Source: Clostridia bacterium
GTDB taxonomy: Bacteria > Bacillota > Clostridia > UMGS1883
Reading direction: 5' to 3'
Length of the DNA: 64,000 nt
Assembly (NCBI GenBank): GCA_017505525.1
Contig: JAFVPB010000002.1
Span: 13,100-77,099 of the forward strand
The notes under the pieces were generated by a model, which ran no database searches, was not told where the DNA came from, and saw only the letters and a list, made by a program, of their open reading frames with translations. Positions 9,689 through 20,455 of the stretch are shown in pieces (positions within the stretch are counted from its first letter, which is position 1; each line of letters opens with the position of its first letter). The position numbers and the translations under genes are program-made.

Positions 9689-11242
9689 TTACACAATTTT
9701 TGTGCTCCACTCGGAAACATCCCATACCTCATCTGCCACGCTTTCGTAAAATTCACTTTCGTGGCTTACTAAGATTACGGTGCCACGAAATTCTTTCACT
9801 GCACGCGTAAGCTCTGCCTTAGCATCAATATCAAGATGGTTTGTAGGCTCGTCGAGAACAAGAATGTTGCACGGTCTTTGCATTATTTTACAAAGACGCA
9901 CTTTTGCATTTTCTCCGCCCGAAAGCACTTTCATCTGGCTTGTTATATGCTCGGTTGTAAGCCCGCATTTAGCAAGCGCTGCGCGTGCCTCTGCATTTGT
10001 GAGAGATGGAAATTCATCCCAGAATTCCTGAAGTGCCGTTTTGTCGCTTGTTACCTCTTCCTGCTCGAAATATCCCACGTTTATAAACTGGTCGTGCTCT
10101 ATTTCTCCCTCAATGGGCGGAATTAATTTCAGAAGAGTTTTAAGAAGAGTTGACTTTCCAAGCCCGTTAACTCCCCTGATGGCAATTTTTTTGTTTCTTT
10201 CGATTTTTATATCAATCTTTTTAGTAAGGGGACTATCGTAGCCTATCACTAAATTTTCGGCTGAAATAACCACTCTTCCGGGCGCGCGGTCTGCCTTGAA
10301 GTTGAATATCGGCTTAACTTTTTCCTTTGCGATATCTATTCTTTCCATTTTATCAAGCTCGCGCTGGCGCGAACGTGCAAGCGTTGCCGTAGCGGCACGC
10401 GCTTTATTTTTTGCAACAAATTCTTCAAGGTCGGCAATTTTCTTTTGCTGTTTTTTATAAGCTTGTTCAATCTGTTGCTTTTTAATATCATACATTCTTA
10501 AAAAGTCTTCGTATGTTCCCTTATATCTTGTAAGAACAGTGTTTTCAAGATGGTAGATAACGTTTGTTACCTTTGTGAGGAAAGGAATATCGTGAGAAAC
10601 AAGAATAAAAGCATTCTCGTAATTCTGCAGAAACTGAGTGAGCCAGTTTATATGGTTTTCATCGAGAAAGTTTGTAGGCTCGTCGAGAATTAAAATCATA
10701 GGATTTTCAAGCAGCACCTTTGTTAAAAGCACCTTCGAGCGCTGACCGCCGCTTAATTCACTTACGTCTTTATCAAGCCCGATTTCGCCAAGCCCGAGCC
10801 CGTTTGCGTATTCTGAAATTTTCGCATCAATTGTGTAATAACCCGACGATTCCAGAATTTCCTGAATTTCGCCCACGTTCTCCATTATGTCGTTAAGCTC
10901 GTTTTCATCGGCTTCCGCCATTTTTTCATAAAGGTCGAGCATTTCTTTTTCAAGCTCGTTAAGATAAGAAAATGCATCGCGCAAAACGTCCATTATAGTT
11001 TTGCCTTTTCCAAGCGAGGAATACTGGTCAAGATAGCCGTATGTTATATGTCGGCACCATTCCACGGTGCCATTATCGGGGGCAATTTCACCCGTAATTA
11101 TTTTAAGAAAGGTTGATTTTCCCTCTCCGTTGGCGCCAATCAATCCGATATGCTCTCCTTTTAAAAGGCGGAAGCTTGCATCTTCAAGAATTTGTCTGCC
11201 GCCGAAGCCGTGAGTTATATTTTCCGCGTTAAGTATACTCAT
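9689..11242 (-). CDS. ABC-F family ATPase (two ABC domains, no TMD; YfmM-like)
   Basis: 517 aa. Two Walker A motifs (GANGEGKST, GVNGLGKST), two LSGG signatures, and a ~50-aa Lys/Gln-rich interdomain linker. Confidence 0.85.
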   Translation of the reverse strand: MSILNAENITHGFGGRQILEDASFRLLKGEHIGLIGANGEGKSTFLKIITGEIAPDNGTVEWCRHITYGYLDQYSSLGKGKTIMDVLRDAFSYLNELEKEMLDLYEKMAEADENELNDIMENVGEIQEILESSGYYTIDAKISEYANGLGLGEIGLDKDVSELSGGQRSKVLLTKVLLENPMILILDEPTNFLDENHINWLTQFLQNYENAFILVSHDIPFLTKVTNVIYHLENTVLTRYKGTYEDFLRMYDIKKQQIEQAYKKQQKKIADLEEFVAKNKARAATATLARSRQRELDKMERIDIAKEKVKPIFNFKADRAPGRVVISAENLVIGYDSPLTKKIDIKIERNKKIAIRGVNGLGKSTLLKTLLKLIPPIEGEIEHDQFINVGYFEQEEVTSDKTALQEFWDEFPSLTNAEARAALAKCGLTTEHITSQMKVLSGGENAKVRLCKIMQRPCNILVLDEPTNHLDIDAKAELTRAVKEFRGTVILVSHESEFYESVADEVWDVSEWSTKIV

Positions 11243-11262
11243 TGTTTTCTCCTATTTAATAA

Positions 11263-11298
11263 TAAAGGGTGTAAAAACAGTGTTTTTACACCCTTATT
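11263..11298. terminator. hairpin terminator between rpoC and the ABC-F gene
   Basis: AAGGGTGTAAAAACA-GTG-TTTTTACACCCTT followed by ATTTTTAA. Confidence 0.6.
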
Positions 11299-11303
11299 TT
11301 TAA

Positions 11304-14300
11304 TTAGATACCGCTTTCAATTTTCATATTTTCTACCATATCGGCGATAACATCGGAATAATCGTTTCCTGCTGTTTCCACATCTATATCGCGGTACATC
11401 GGCACGCCTGTACCTGCAGGGATAAGCTTACCGATAATAACGTTTTCCTTAAGACCAACAAGCGGGTCAATCTTACCCTTGATTGCTGCATCTGTAAGAA
11501 CACGTGTTGTTTCCTGGAAGGATGCTGCTGAAAGGAATGAATCTGTAGCAAGAGCTGCCTTTGTGATACCAAGAAGAAGCTCTTCTCCAACAGGAGGCTC
11601 TTTACCTTCTGCCTTATATTCTTCAATGATTTCACCGAATCTGATTCTTTCTTCAGTTTCTCCTACAAGATAGTTACTGTCGCCCTGCTCTTCAATTCTA
11701 ACCTTACGCATCATCTGACGAACAATAACCTCGATGTGCTTATCAGCTATATCAACGGCCTGCTGACGGTAAACCTTCTGAACTTCTTTTACAAGATATT
11801 CCTGAACTGCACGAAGACCCTTAATCTTAAGAATATCGTGCGGGTTAACGCTACCTGTTGTAAGCTCGTCGCCTGCTTCAAGTACGTCGCCGTCGTTAAC
11901 CTTGAGAGTTGAGCCGTAAGGAATAAGATATGTTTGAGCCATACCCTCTTCATCGGCAACTATAACTTCTGTTTTAGATTTTGTTTTATTGATTGTAACA
12001 GTACCTGCGATAGATGTTACTATTGCAAGACCCTTGGGCTTTCTTGCTTCGAAAAGTTCTTCAACACGAGGAAGACCCTGTGTGATATCGTCGCCCGCAA
12101 CACCACCGGTGTGGAACGTTCTCATTGTTAGCTGAGTACCGGGTTCACCGATAGACTGAGCTGCAATAATACCAACTGCTTCACCGATGTTTACAAGGTC
12201 GCCACGGCTTGCAAGGTTTGCACCGTAACAGTGTGCGCAAACGCCCACCTTAGCATGACAGTTAAGCACGCTTCTGATTTTAACCTTTTTAATGCCTGCA
12301 TCAACAATAGTCTTTGCAATTTCCTTATTCATAAGAGTATTTTCAGGAACGAGAACCTCACCTGTTTCAGGATGAACGATATCGTCGCAGTTAACTCTGC
12401 CGATAAGTCTTTCTTCAAGTGGCTCGATAACATCCTTGCCTTCCACGATTTCAGTAACGTTAATACCATCGTGAGTATGACAGTCGATTTCGCGGATGAT
12501 AACATCCTGTGATACGTCAACAAGACGTCTTGTAAGGTAACCTGAGTCTGCAGTTCTGAGCGCTGTATCGGCAAGACCTTTACGAGCACCGTGAGTAGAA
12601 ATGAAATATTCAAGAATATTAAGACCTTCACGGAACGATGCTCTGATCGGGATTTCCACAGTACGTCCCTGTGTGTTAGCCATAAGACCACGCATACCTG
12701 CGAGCTGACGGATCTGGTTGATACTACCACGGGCACCTGATGTTGCCATCATATAGATGGGGTTGTATTTATCAAGGTTTTCCATAAGAGCCTTTGTGAT
12801 TCTGTCGTTAGCGCCCTGCCAGGTTTCGATAACCTTTCTGTAACGTTCTTCATCTGTGATAAGACCCTTTCTGTAAAGCTTGGTAATCTTTTCAACTTCT
12901 TCTTCAGCTTCGTTAAGACGTTCTGCCTTACTTCCGGGGATTTCCATATCGCTTACGCTGATTGTGATAGCGCCGCGTGTAGAGAACTTATATCCAAGCT
13001 CTTTAACAGCATCAAGCACTGAAGCAGTTCTTGTTGTACCGTGAACGCGGATACAAGCATCGATAATTTTTCCAAGTGCTTTCTTATCAGCAAGGAAAGA
13101 AACTTCAAGCTCGAAATCGTTTTCCGGGTTTGTTCTGTCGACAAAACCAAGGTCCTGCGGAACAACTTCGTTAAATATAAGTCGTCCAACAGTTGTAGAA
13201 ATAATCTTACTGCGGATTTCTCCATCGATTTCTTTTTCTATTCTTACTTTGATAGGAGCGTGAAGACCAACATCTCCGCAATCGTAAGCCATCATGGTTT
13301 CATTTACTGAAGCAAAGTATTTTCCTTCGCCGATTTCACCCTTGAAGCATCCAACACCCTCATCTGTGAATTCGATAAGATTTTTGCCCTCTCCTTCAAG
13401 CGCGCAGTTCTTTTCGTAAACTTCGCCATAATATTTATAAACTTTTCCTACCTCAAGCTCTGAATCGCCTGCGTTTGTAATCTTAACTTCCTTAGGCTTA
13501 ACAAGTGTAAGATAGTAGCTACCAAGTACCATATCCTGTGTGGGAACAGTAACTGGGCGACCATCCTGTGGCTTAAGAAGGTTGTTTGCACTGAGCATAA
13601 GGAAACGTGCCTCTGCCTGTGCTTCAGGTGAAAGCGGAACGTGAACAGCCATCTGGTCGCCGTCGAAGTCAGCGTTGAATGCTGTACATACGAGGGGATG
13701 AAGTCTGATAGCTCTGCCTTCTACAAGGATAGGCTCGAAAGCCTGAATACCAAGACGGTGAAGAGTTGGTGCACGGTTAAGAAGTACAGGATGCTCGCGA
13801 ATTACGTTTTCAAGCACATCCCAAACCTCTGTCTGTGCGCGCTCTACCATTCTCTTTGCGCTCTTGATGTTGTGTGCACTGCCGTTTTCAACAAGACGTT
13901 TCATAACGAAAGGCTTGAAGAGTTCAAGTGCCATTTCCTTAGGAAGACCGCACTGATAAATCTTAAGAGCAGGACCAACAACGATAACGCTACGGCCTGA
14001 GTAGTCAACACGCTTACCAAGAAGGTTCTGACGGAAACGTCCCTGCTTACCCTTAAGCATATCGGAAAGAGATTTAAGTGCACGGTTTCCGGGGCCTGTT
14101 ACAGGTCTGCCACGTCTGCCGTTATCAATAAGAGCATCTACTGCTTCCTGAAGCATTCTCTTTTCATTTCTTACGATAATGTTAGGTGCTCCAAGCTCTA
14201 AAAGTCTTTTAAGACGGTTGTTTCTGTTTATAACTCTGCGGTATAAATCGTTAAGGTCGCTCGTTGCAAATCTGCCACCATCAAGCTGTACCATGGGGCG

Positions 14301-15011
14301 GATTTCCGGAGGAATTACCGGAACGCAATCAAGAATCATCCATTCAGGACGGTTGTTCGACTTTCTGAACGATTCAACAACTTCAAGTCTTTTAGCGATT
14401 TTTGTTTTCTTCTGTCCCTGTGCAGTTTCAAGTTCTTCCTTAAGCTCGTTGCTTAAAGCATCAAGGTCGATTTCGCTAAGAAGCTCTTTAATAGCTTCTG
14501 CACCCATTCCTGCACGGAAACGGTCGCCATATTTTTCGTAGTAAGAAATATATTCTTTTTCAGTAAGAGGATCTTTCTTGTTAAGCTCTGTCTTACCGGG
14601 GTCGATTACGATATACTGCGCAAAATAGAGTACCTTTTCAAGCACATGGGGAGATATATCAAGAAGAAGTCCCATTCTGCTGGGTATACCCTTAAAGTAC
14701 CAGATATGCGAAACAGGTGCTGCAAGCTCGATATGACCCATTCTTTCGCGGCGAACCTTAGCGCGTGTTACTTCAACACCACAACGGTCGCAGACTACGC
14801 CTTTATAGCGAATTCTTTTATACTTACCGCAATGACATTCCCAGTCCTTCTGAGGTCCGAAAATCTTTTCGCAGAAAAGACCATCGCGTTCGGGCTTCAG
14901 GGTGCGGTAATTTATGGTTTCGGGCTTTTTAACTTCGCCGTATGACCATTCTCTGATTTTTTCAGGAGATGCCAAACCAATTTGCATTGCTTCAAATGTG
15001 TTAAATTCCAT
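11304..15011 (-). CDS. rpoC: DNA-directed RNA polymerase subunit beta'
   Basis: 1235 aa. [37 protein letters not shown], the NADFDGD motif, and Zn-binding cysteines. Confidence 0.97.
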   Translation of the reverse strand: MEFNTFEAMQIGLASPEKIREWSYGEVKKPETINYRTLKPERDGLFCEKIFGPQKDWECHCGKYKRIRYKGVVCDRCGVEVTRAKVRRERMGHIELAAPVSHIWYFKGIPSRMGLLLDISPHVLEKVLYFAQYIVIDPGKTELNKKDPLTEKEYISYYEKYGDRFRAGMGAEAIKELLSEIDLDALSNELKEELETAQGQKKTKIAKRLEVVESFRKSNNRPEWMILDCVPVIPPEIRPMVQLDGGRFATSDLNDLYRRVINRNNRLKRLLELGAPNIIVRNEKRMLQEAVDALIDNGRRGRPVTGPGNRALKSLSDMLKGKQGRFRQNLLGKRVDYSGRSVIVVGPALKIYQCGLPKEMALELFKPFVMKRLVENGSAHNIKSAKRMVERAQTEVWDVLENVIREHPVLLNRAPTLHRLGIQAFEPILVEGRAIRLHPLVCTAFNADFDGDQMAVHVPLSPEAQAEARFLMLSANNLLKPQDGRPVTVPTQDMVLGSYYLTLVKPKEVKITNAGDSELEVGKVYKYYGEVYEKNCALEGEGKNLIEFTDEGVGCFKGEIGEGKYFASVNETMMAYDCGDVGLHAPIKVRIEKEIDGEIRSKIISTTVGRLIFNEVVPQDLGFVDRTNPENDFELEVSFLADKKALGKIIDACIRVHGTTRTASVLDAVKELGYKFSTRGAITISVSDMEIPGSKAERLNEAEEEVEKITKLYRKGLITDEERYRKVIETWQGANDRITKALMENLDKYNPIYMMATSGARGSINQIRQLAGMRGLMANTQGRTVEIPIRASFREGLNILEYFISTHGARKGLADTALRTADSGYLTRRLVDVSQDVIIREIDCHTHDGINVTEIVEGKDVIEPLEERLIGRVNCDDIVHPETGEVLVPENTLMNKEIAKTIVDAGIKKVKIRSVLNCHAKVGVCAHCYGANLASRGDLVNIGEAVGIIAAQSIGEPGTQLTMRTFHTGGVAGDDITQGLPRVEELFEARKPKGLAIVTSIAGTVTINKTKSKTEVIVADEEGMAQTYLIPYGSTLKVNDGDVLEAGDELTTGSVNPHDILKIKGLRAVQEYLVKEVQKVYRQQAVDIADKHIEVIVRQMMRKVRIEEQGDSNYLVGETEERIRFGEIIEEYKAEGKEPPVGEELLLGITKAALATDSFLSAASFQETTRVLTDAAIKGKIDPLVGLKENVIIGKLIPAGTGVPMYRDIDVETAGNDYSDVIADMVENMKIESGI

Positions 15012-15024
15012 AATATTACCTCCC

Positions 15025-18000
15025 TTACTCGTTAAAATTCTCTTGATTTTCGATTTCTAACAGCTCTTCATCTGTAGGCTCGATGTCAAAATCCTCTTCT
15101 TCGTCAAACGAAGGGAAATCAATTTCGTCTTCGTCATCAGAATCAGTGCCCATTGCAATTCCAAGGATTTCGTCTTCGGGACTTACTTCGCTGTAGCCTG
15201 ATGAAATACCATCGTTAACAGTTGTAAGAAGCTCATCTCTGTATTCGTCCATATTAGGCTCGTCATCCTCTTCACTCTTAAGCTCGATGATTTCGTTGTT
15301 AGCATTAAGAACGTTAACATCAAGAGCAAGCGACTGAAGTTCTTTAATAAGAACCTTGAATGATTCGGGAATACCGGGTGTGGGAACGTTTTCACCCTTA
15401 ACGATTGATTCGTAAGTTTTAACACGGCCCACGATATCATCTGATTTAACTGTGAGGATTTCCTGAAGAAGATATGCTGCGCCGTATGCTTCGAGTGCCC
15501 AAACTTCCATTTCACCGAATCTCTGACCACCGAACTGAGCTTTACCACCAAGAGGCTGCTGAGTTACAAGCGAGTAAGGACCTGTGCTACGGGCGTGAAT
15601 CTTGTCGTCAACAAGATGGTGCAGCTTAAGGAAGTACATATAACCAACTGTTACAGGGTTATCGAAGGGCTGTCCTGTTCTGCCATCGTAAAGAACAGTC
15701 TTACCATCGTGGCGAAGACCTGCCTCTTCAAGAAGATTCATAATATCTTTTTCGTTTGCACCGTCGAATACGGGAGTTGCAACCTTGAAACCAAGCTTGC
15801 TTGCTGCCATACCAAGGTGAACTTCAAGCACCTGACCGATGTTCATACGTGAGGGAACGCCCAAGGGGTTAAGAACGATATCAAGAGGAGTACCATCGGG
15901 AAGGAAAGGCATATCCTCTGTGGGAAGAACTCTTGATACAACACCCTTGTTACCATGACGGCCTGCCATCTTATCGCCCACGCTGATTTTTCTCTTCTGT
16001 GCTATATAGCAGCGAACAATTTCGTTAACTCCCGGAGGAAGCTCGTCGTTATTCGCTCTTGTAAATACTTTAACATCTACTATGATACCTGCTTCTCCGT
16101 GAGGAACACGAAGAGATGTATCACGAACTTCACGCGCCTTTTCGCCGAAGATTGCGCGGAGAAGTCTTTCTTCGGGAGTAAGCTCTGTTTCACCCTTAGG
16201 TGTTACCTTACCAACGAGGATATCGCCTGAGTGCACTTCAGCACCTATGCGGATAATACCTCTTTCGTCAAGGTTTTTAAGAGCATCGTCGCCAACGTTT
16301 GGAATATCGCGTGTGATTTCTTCCGGTCCGAGCTTTGTATCTCTTGATTCTGATTCATACTCTTCAATATGAATAGATGTGAATACGTCGTCGCGAACGA
16401 GCTTTTCGTTAAGAAGCACAGCATCCTCGTAGTTGTAACCTTCCCATGTCATAAATCCGATAAGAACGTTTCTACCGAGTGCGATTTCACCATTATCTGT
16501 TGAGGGACCATCGGCAATAATCATTCCCTTTGTTACCTTTTCGCCCTCTTCAACAATCGGGTGCTGGTTTATACATGTACCCTGGTTCGAGCGAAGGAAC
16601 TTAAGAAGATGATAATTATGTCTTTCTCCCTTTTTATCTTTAATAACAATTTCGTCAGCGCTAACCTTTTCAACAACGCCGTCTTCTTTGCTGAGCACTA
16701 CAACGCCGCTGTCTTTAGCTGCCTTATATTCCATACCTGTACCGATAATGGGGGACTGCGGCTTAAGAAGCGGAACAGCCTGACGCTGCATGTTTGAACC
16801 CATGAGCGCACGGTTAGCATCGTCGTTTTCAAGGAACGGAATCATTGCTGTTGCAACAGACACAACCTGCTTGGGAGAAACGTCCATGTAGTCAACCGAT
16901 TCTGCCGGAACTTCGAGGATTTCTTCTCTGAAGCGCGCTGCAACCTTTTTATCGAGGAACTTGCCGTTTTCATCAAGAGGCTCGTTAGCCTGAGCAACGA
17001 TGTATTTATCCTCTGTGTCGGCAGTCATATATTCGATTTCTTTCGTAACTATGCCCTTTCCCTTGATAACCTTACGGTAAGGAGCTTCAATAAAGCCGTA
17101 TTCATTGATACGGGCATATGTTGAAAGTGAACTGATAAGACCGATGTTAGGACCTTCAGGAGTTTCGATAGGACACATTCTTCCATAGTGAGTATAGTGA
17201 ACGTCACGAACCTGGAAGCCTGCACGATCTCTTGAAAGACCGCCAGGACCAAGAGCTGAAAGTCTTCTCTTATGTGTGAGCTCGCCAAGGGGGTTTGTCT
17301 GGTCCATGAACTGTGAAAGCTGGCTGGAACCAAAGAATTCCTTGATTGTAGCTACAACGGGGCGGATATTGATGAGCGACTGAGGAGTAACAATATCAAG
17401 CTCCTGAATGCTCATTCTTTCACGCACACCGCGTTCCATTCTTGAGATACCAATTCTGAACTGATTCTGTAAAAGTTCACCAACGCTTCTGAGACGGCGG
17501 TTACCAAGATGGTCGATATCGTCGTCCTGTCCGATTCCCTCGGCAAGGTTACTGCAGTAGTTAATTGAAGCAAACATATCGTCAACGATAATGTGCTTGG
17601 GAACAAGCTCGTCGATACGCTCAGAAGCAAGCTTTTTGATTTCATCAATATCGCCTGCTGCTTCTTCAAGAATTTCATCAAGAATGTTCTTGCGAACTCT
17701 TTCGTGAGTAATATCGTAAAGGTCAACTCCTGCATACTTAGCAGGATCAACCATATTATTTGAAAATACAACAACTGTTTTTTCTTCTGTTGAAATAAGA
17801 ATTCTATTTACGCCTGCATCTTCAATAGCCACAGCGTTTTCAGGAGTAATTCTGTTTCCTTTGGAAACAATAATTTCACCTGTTCTGCTATCGACAACAT
17901 CTTCTGCTGCAATGTGGCCCTCAACACGGGCAGCGAGAGCAAGTTTCTTATTATATTTATACCTACCAACCTTCGCAAGGTCGTAACGCTTTGCATCGAA

Positions 18001-18771
18001 GAAAAGACCGTTTATAAGTGTGCTTGCACTATCGAGCGTCGGCGGTTCGCCGGGGCGAAGCTTACGGTAGATTTCAAAAAGAGCCTCTTCGCGATTTTTG
18101 GTAGTATCCTTCGCAAGGGTTGCAAGAATCTTTTCATCTTCCCCGAAAAGATTAGTAATTTCGGGTTCAGTTTCAAGACCCATTGCCTTAATAAGAACGG
18201 TAACGGGAATTTTACGTGTTCTATCGATTCTTACAGAGAATACATCGTTTGAATCTGTTTCGTATTCAAGCCATGCACCGCGGTTTGGAATAACAGTTGA
18301 ATTGATAAGCTTCTTACCAACCTTATCATACTTCTGCTCGTAGTATATTCCTGGTGAACGAACAAGCTGTGTAACGATAACACGCTCTGCTCCGTTGATG
18401 ATAAATGTTCCCTGCTCTGTCATAAGAGGGAAATCACCCATGAATATTTCCTGTTCCTTAATTTCGCCTGTTTCCTGATTGATTAAGCGAACCTGAACCC
18501 TGAGTGGAGCAGAATAGTTTGTATCCCTTTCCTTACATTCTTCAATGGTGTATTTAGGCTGTTCGTCAATTCTGTAGTCGGTAAATTCAAGAATGAGATT
18601 TCCTGCATAATCGGTTATTGGGCTAACATCGTGAAAAACCTCACGAAGACCTTCCTTGATAAACCACTCGTAAGAGCTTTTCTGCATATCAATAAGGTTT
18701 GGCATCTCCAATACTTCATCGATTTTTGCAAAGGTCATTCTTTCATTTTTTCCTAATTTAATAGGCTTCAA
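15025..18771 (-). CDS. rpoB: DNA-directed RNA polymerase subunit beta, with a long acidic C-terminal tail
   Basis: 1248 aa, Bacillus-like throughout. Start is the TTG at 18771 with GAGGTGA 5 nt upstream. The C-terminal ~80 aa are D/E-rich. Confidence 0.95.
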   Translation of the reverse strand: MKPIKLGKNERMTFAKIDEVLEMPNLIDMQKSSYEWFIKEGLREVFHDVSPITDYAGNLILEFTDYRIDEQPKYTIEECKERDTNYSAPLRVQVRLINQETGEIKEQEIFMGDFPLMTEQGTFIINGAERVIVTQLVRSPGIYYEQKYDKVGKKLINSTVIPNRGAWLEYETDSNDVFSVRIDRTRKIPVTVLIKAMGLETEPEITNLFGEDEKILATLAKDTTKNREEALFEIYRKLRPGEPPTLDSASTLINGLFFDAKRYDLAKVGRYKYNKKLALAARVEGHIAAEDVVDSRTGEIIVSKGNRITPENAVAIEDAGVNRILISTEEKTVVVFSNNMVDPAKYAGVDLYDITHERVRKNILDEILEEAAGDIDEIKKLASERIDELVPKHIIVDDMFASINYCSNLAEGIGQDDDIDHLGNRRLRSVGELLQNQFRIGISRMERGVRERMSIQELDIVTPQSLINIRPVVATIKEFFGSSQLSQFMDQTNPLGELTHKRRLSALGPGGLSRDRAGFQVRDVHYTHYGRMCPIETPEGPNIGLISSLSTYARINEYGFIEAPYRKVIKGKGIVTKEIEYMTADTEDKYIVAQANEPLDENGKFLDKKVAARFREEILEVPAESVDYMDVSPKQVVSVATAMIPFLENDDANRALMGSNMQRQAVPLLKPQSPIIGTGMEYKAAKDSGVVVLSKEDGVVEKVSADEIVIKDKKGERHNYHLLKFLRSNQGTCINQHPIVEEGEKVTKGMIIADGPSTDNGEIALGRNVLIGFMTWEGYNYEDAVLLNEKLVRDDVFTSIHIEEYESESRDTKLGPEEITRDIPNVGDDALKNLDERGIIRIGAEVHSGDILVGKVTPKGETELTPEERLLRAIFGEKAREVRDTSLRVPHGEAGIIVDVKVFTRANNDELPPGVNEIVRCYIAQKRKISVGDKMAGRHGNKGVVSRVLPTEDMPFLPDGTPLDIVLNPLGVPSRMNIGQVLEVHLGMAASKLGFKVATPVFDGANEKDIMNLLEEAGLRHDGKTVLYDGRTGQPFDNPVTVGYMYFLKLHHLVDDKIHARSTGPYSLVTQQPLGGKAQFGGQRFGEMEVWALEAYGAAYLLQEILTVKSDDIVGRVKTYESIVKGENVPTPGIPESFKVLIKELQSLALDVNVLNANNEIIELKSEEDDEPNMDEYRDELLTTVNDGISSGYSEVSPEDEILGIAMGTDSDDEDEIDFPSFDEEEDFDIEPTDEELLEIENQENFNE

Positions 18772-18794
18772 TCAAATCACCTCAATCAAAATTT

Positions 18795-18905
18795 TCGTAA
18801 TTTCCCATATTCCATACCCCTGTGTAGAATGCACTCGGAATATACCGCGGGAGTTTCCCGCATTGTTTGCAGAATTGTAGAATGCACCCTGCAAACAAAA
18901 TATAG
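18795..18905 (-). promoter_or_regulatory. structured rpoB 5' UTR: two stem-loops each presenting an identical GUGCAUUCUACA loop, plus GCGGGA-GUU-UCCCGC hairpin
   Basis: TGTAGAATGCAC occurs at 18823-18834 and 18876-18887 on the plus strand. On the minus-strand RNA each copy lies in the loop of a 7-bp stem (UUUGCAG/CUGCAAA and AUAUUCC/GGAAUAU). Sits between the promoter (18987-19015) and the TTG start. Confidence 0.5.
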
Positions 18906-18986
18906 AGAATGTTTAGTGTGTAAGCCCTTTATAAATAGGTAATTCCTATTTTATGGGCGAATTACTGCATCTTAATGCAGTATACT

Positions 18987-19015
18987 ATAATAACACCAAA
19001 TTCAAAGCTTGTCAA
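18987..19015 (-). promoter_or_regulatory. sigma-A-type promoter of rpoBC (TTGACA-17-TATTAT)
   Basis: Minus strand: TTGACA 19015-19010, spacer 17 nt, TATTAT 18992-18987. Gives a leader of ~210 nt. Confidence 0.6.
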
Positions 19016-19066
19016 GGGAAAAAATAGAAAATTTACAATACAATAATGTAATTTCTCTATTCTTCA

Positions 19067-19095
19067 TTGACAAAGCTTCTTTTTTTTATTAGAAT
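19067..19095 (+). promoter_or_regulatory. sigma-A-type promoter of metK (TTGACA-17-TAGAAT), divergent from the rpoB promoter
   Basis: TTGACA 19067-19072, 17-nt spacer, TAGAAT 19090-19095. Only ~35 nt of leader to the ATG, so there is no room for an S-box. Confidence 0.55.
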
Positions 19096-19132
19096 ATAAT
19101 ATGTATTACAGTGTACAAACGGAGGAATACAA

Positions 19133-20314
19133 ATGAATACAGAAAAAAAACTTTTTACATCTGAATCTGTTACAGAAGGGCATCCCGATAAAATATGCGA
19201 TAAAATTTCAGATGCCGTACTTGACGATATTTTAGCAAACGACCCCGAGGCAAGAGTTGCTTGCGAATGCTGCTGTGCAACGGGTCTCGTTGTAGTATTC
19301 GGCGAAATTACCACCAAGCATTATTGCGATATCCGCTCGGTTGTAAGAAAAACAATCGAGGAAATTGGCTATACCGACCCGCAGATGGGATTCCACTTTG
19401 AAAATATTGCAGTACTCAACACTCTTAACGAGCAGTCGCCCGATATTGCGCTCGGCGTTGATAAATCACTTGAAGCTAAAAATGGCAATTCCGACGGGCT
19501 CGACAATGGCGCGGGCGACCAGGGTATGATGTTTGGCTATGCAACAAACGAAACAGAGGAATATCTTCCCGCCCCCATCTATTATGCCCAGAAAATGGCT
19601 ATGCGCTTAACCGAGGTGCGTAAAAACGGAATGTTTTCTTATCTTCGCCCCGATGGCAAAACGCAGGTAAGCGTTGAATACGATGGCGACAAGGTTAAAA
19701 GAATCGATACAGTTGTGCTTTCAACACAGCACACAGCCGATGTAAGCCTTGAAACAATAAAGAAAGATATGATAGAACACGTTATAAAATACGTTCTTCC
19801 TTCAGAGCTTATAGATGATGAAACAAAGTATTTTATAAATCCCACAGGCCGCTTCGTTGTTGGCGGACCTCAGGGCGACTCGGGTCTTACAGGAAGAAAG
19901 ATTATTGTTGATACCTATGGTGGATACGCTCCCCACGGCGGTGGTGCTTTTTCAGGAAAAGACCCCACGAAGGTCGACAGAAGCGCTTGCTATATGGCAC
20001 GCTACATTGCTAAAAACATTGTTGCCGCAGGGCTTAGCGATAAATGCCAGATTCAGCTTGCATATGCAATCGGCGTAGCAAATCCCGTATCCGTTCGAAT
20101 CGACACATTCGGCACAGGAGTTTTAAGCGACGAAAAGCTGAGCGAGATTGTACGCGAAAACTTTGATTTACGCCCATCTGCAATTATAAAGAAGCTTGAT
20201 TTAAGGCGTCCGATCTATTCGCAGACTGCAGCATACGGCCACTTCGGAAGAAGCGAGCTTAATCTTCCATGGGAAGCACTTGATGCAGTAGAAACACTTA
20301 AACAGTATAAATAA
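19133..20314 (+). CDS. metK: S-adenosylmethionine synthetase
   Basis: 393 aa. [42 protein letters not shown]. Confidence 0.97.
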   Translation: MNTEKKLFTSESVTEGHPDKICDKISDAVLDDILANDPEARVACECCCATGLVVVFGEITTKHYCDIRSVVRKTIEEIGYTDPQMGFHFENIAVLNTLNEQSPDIALGVDKSLEAKNGNSDGLDNGAGDQGMMFGYATNETEEYLPAPIYYAQKMAMRLTEVRKNGMFSYLRPDGKTQVSVEYDGDKVKRIDTVVLSTQHTADVSLETIKKDMIEHVIKYVLPSELIDDETKYFINPTGRFVVGGPQGDSGLTGRKIIVDTYGGYAPHGGGAFSGKDPTKVDRSACYMARYIAKNIVAAGLSDKCQIQLAYAIGVANPVSVRIDTFGTGVLSDEKLSEIVRENFDLRPSAIIKKLDLRRPIYSQTAAYGHFGRSELNLPWEALDAVETLKQYK

Positions 20315-20323
20315 CTATCACTG

Positions 20324-20360
20324 CCACCCCGATATTCATATAATGATATCGGGGTGCTTG
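20324..20360 (+). terminator. hairpin downstream of metK (CACCCCGATAT-loop-ATATCGGGGTG)
   Basis: 11-bp inverted repeat. The following T-run is weak. Confidence 0.5.
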
Positions 20361-20455
20361 ATAATGTGTGTGTTATCACTTATATCTCTTTTAATCGTAA
20401 TCACGATGATTTTTCTTGTTATATATAAAAGCGTTACTATGTCAGAGGAATACAA

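Noticed and set aside
11384-18343. Numerous short ORFs inside or antisense to rpoB and rpoC
   Set aside because: Same reasoning: shadow ORFs within essential conserved genes.
18780-19132. S-box (SAM-I) riboswitch expected upstream of metK
   Set aside because: The metK promoter TTGACA-17-TAGAAT leaves only ~35 nt of leader, and no S-box conserved blocks are present. The structured RNA in this interval belongs to the divergent rpoB leader on the other strand.
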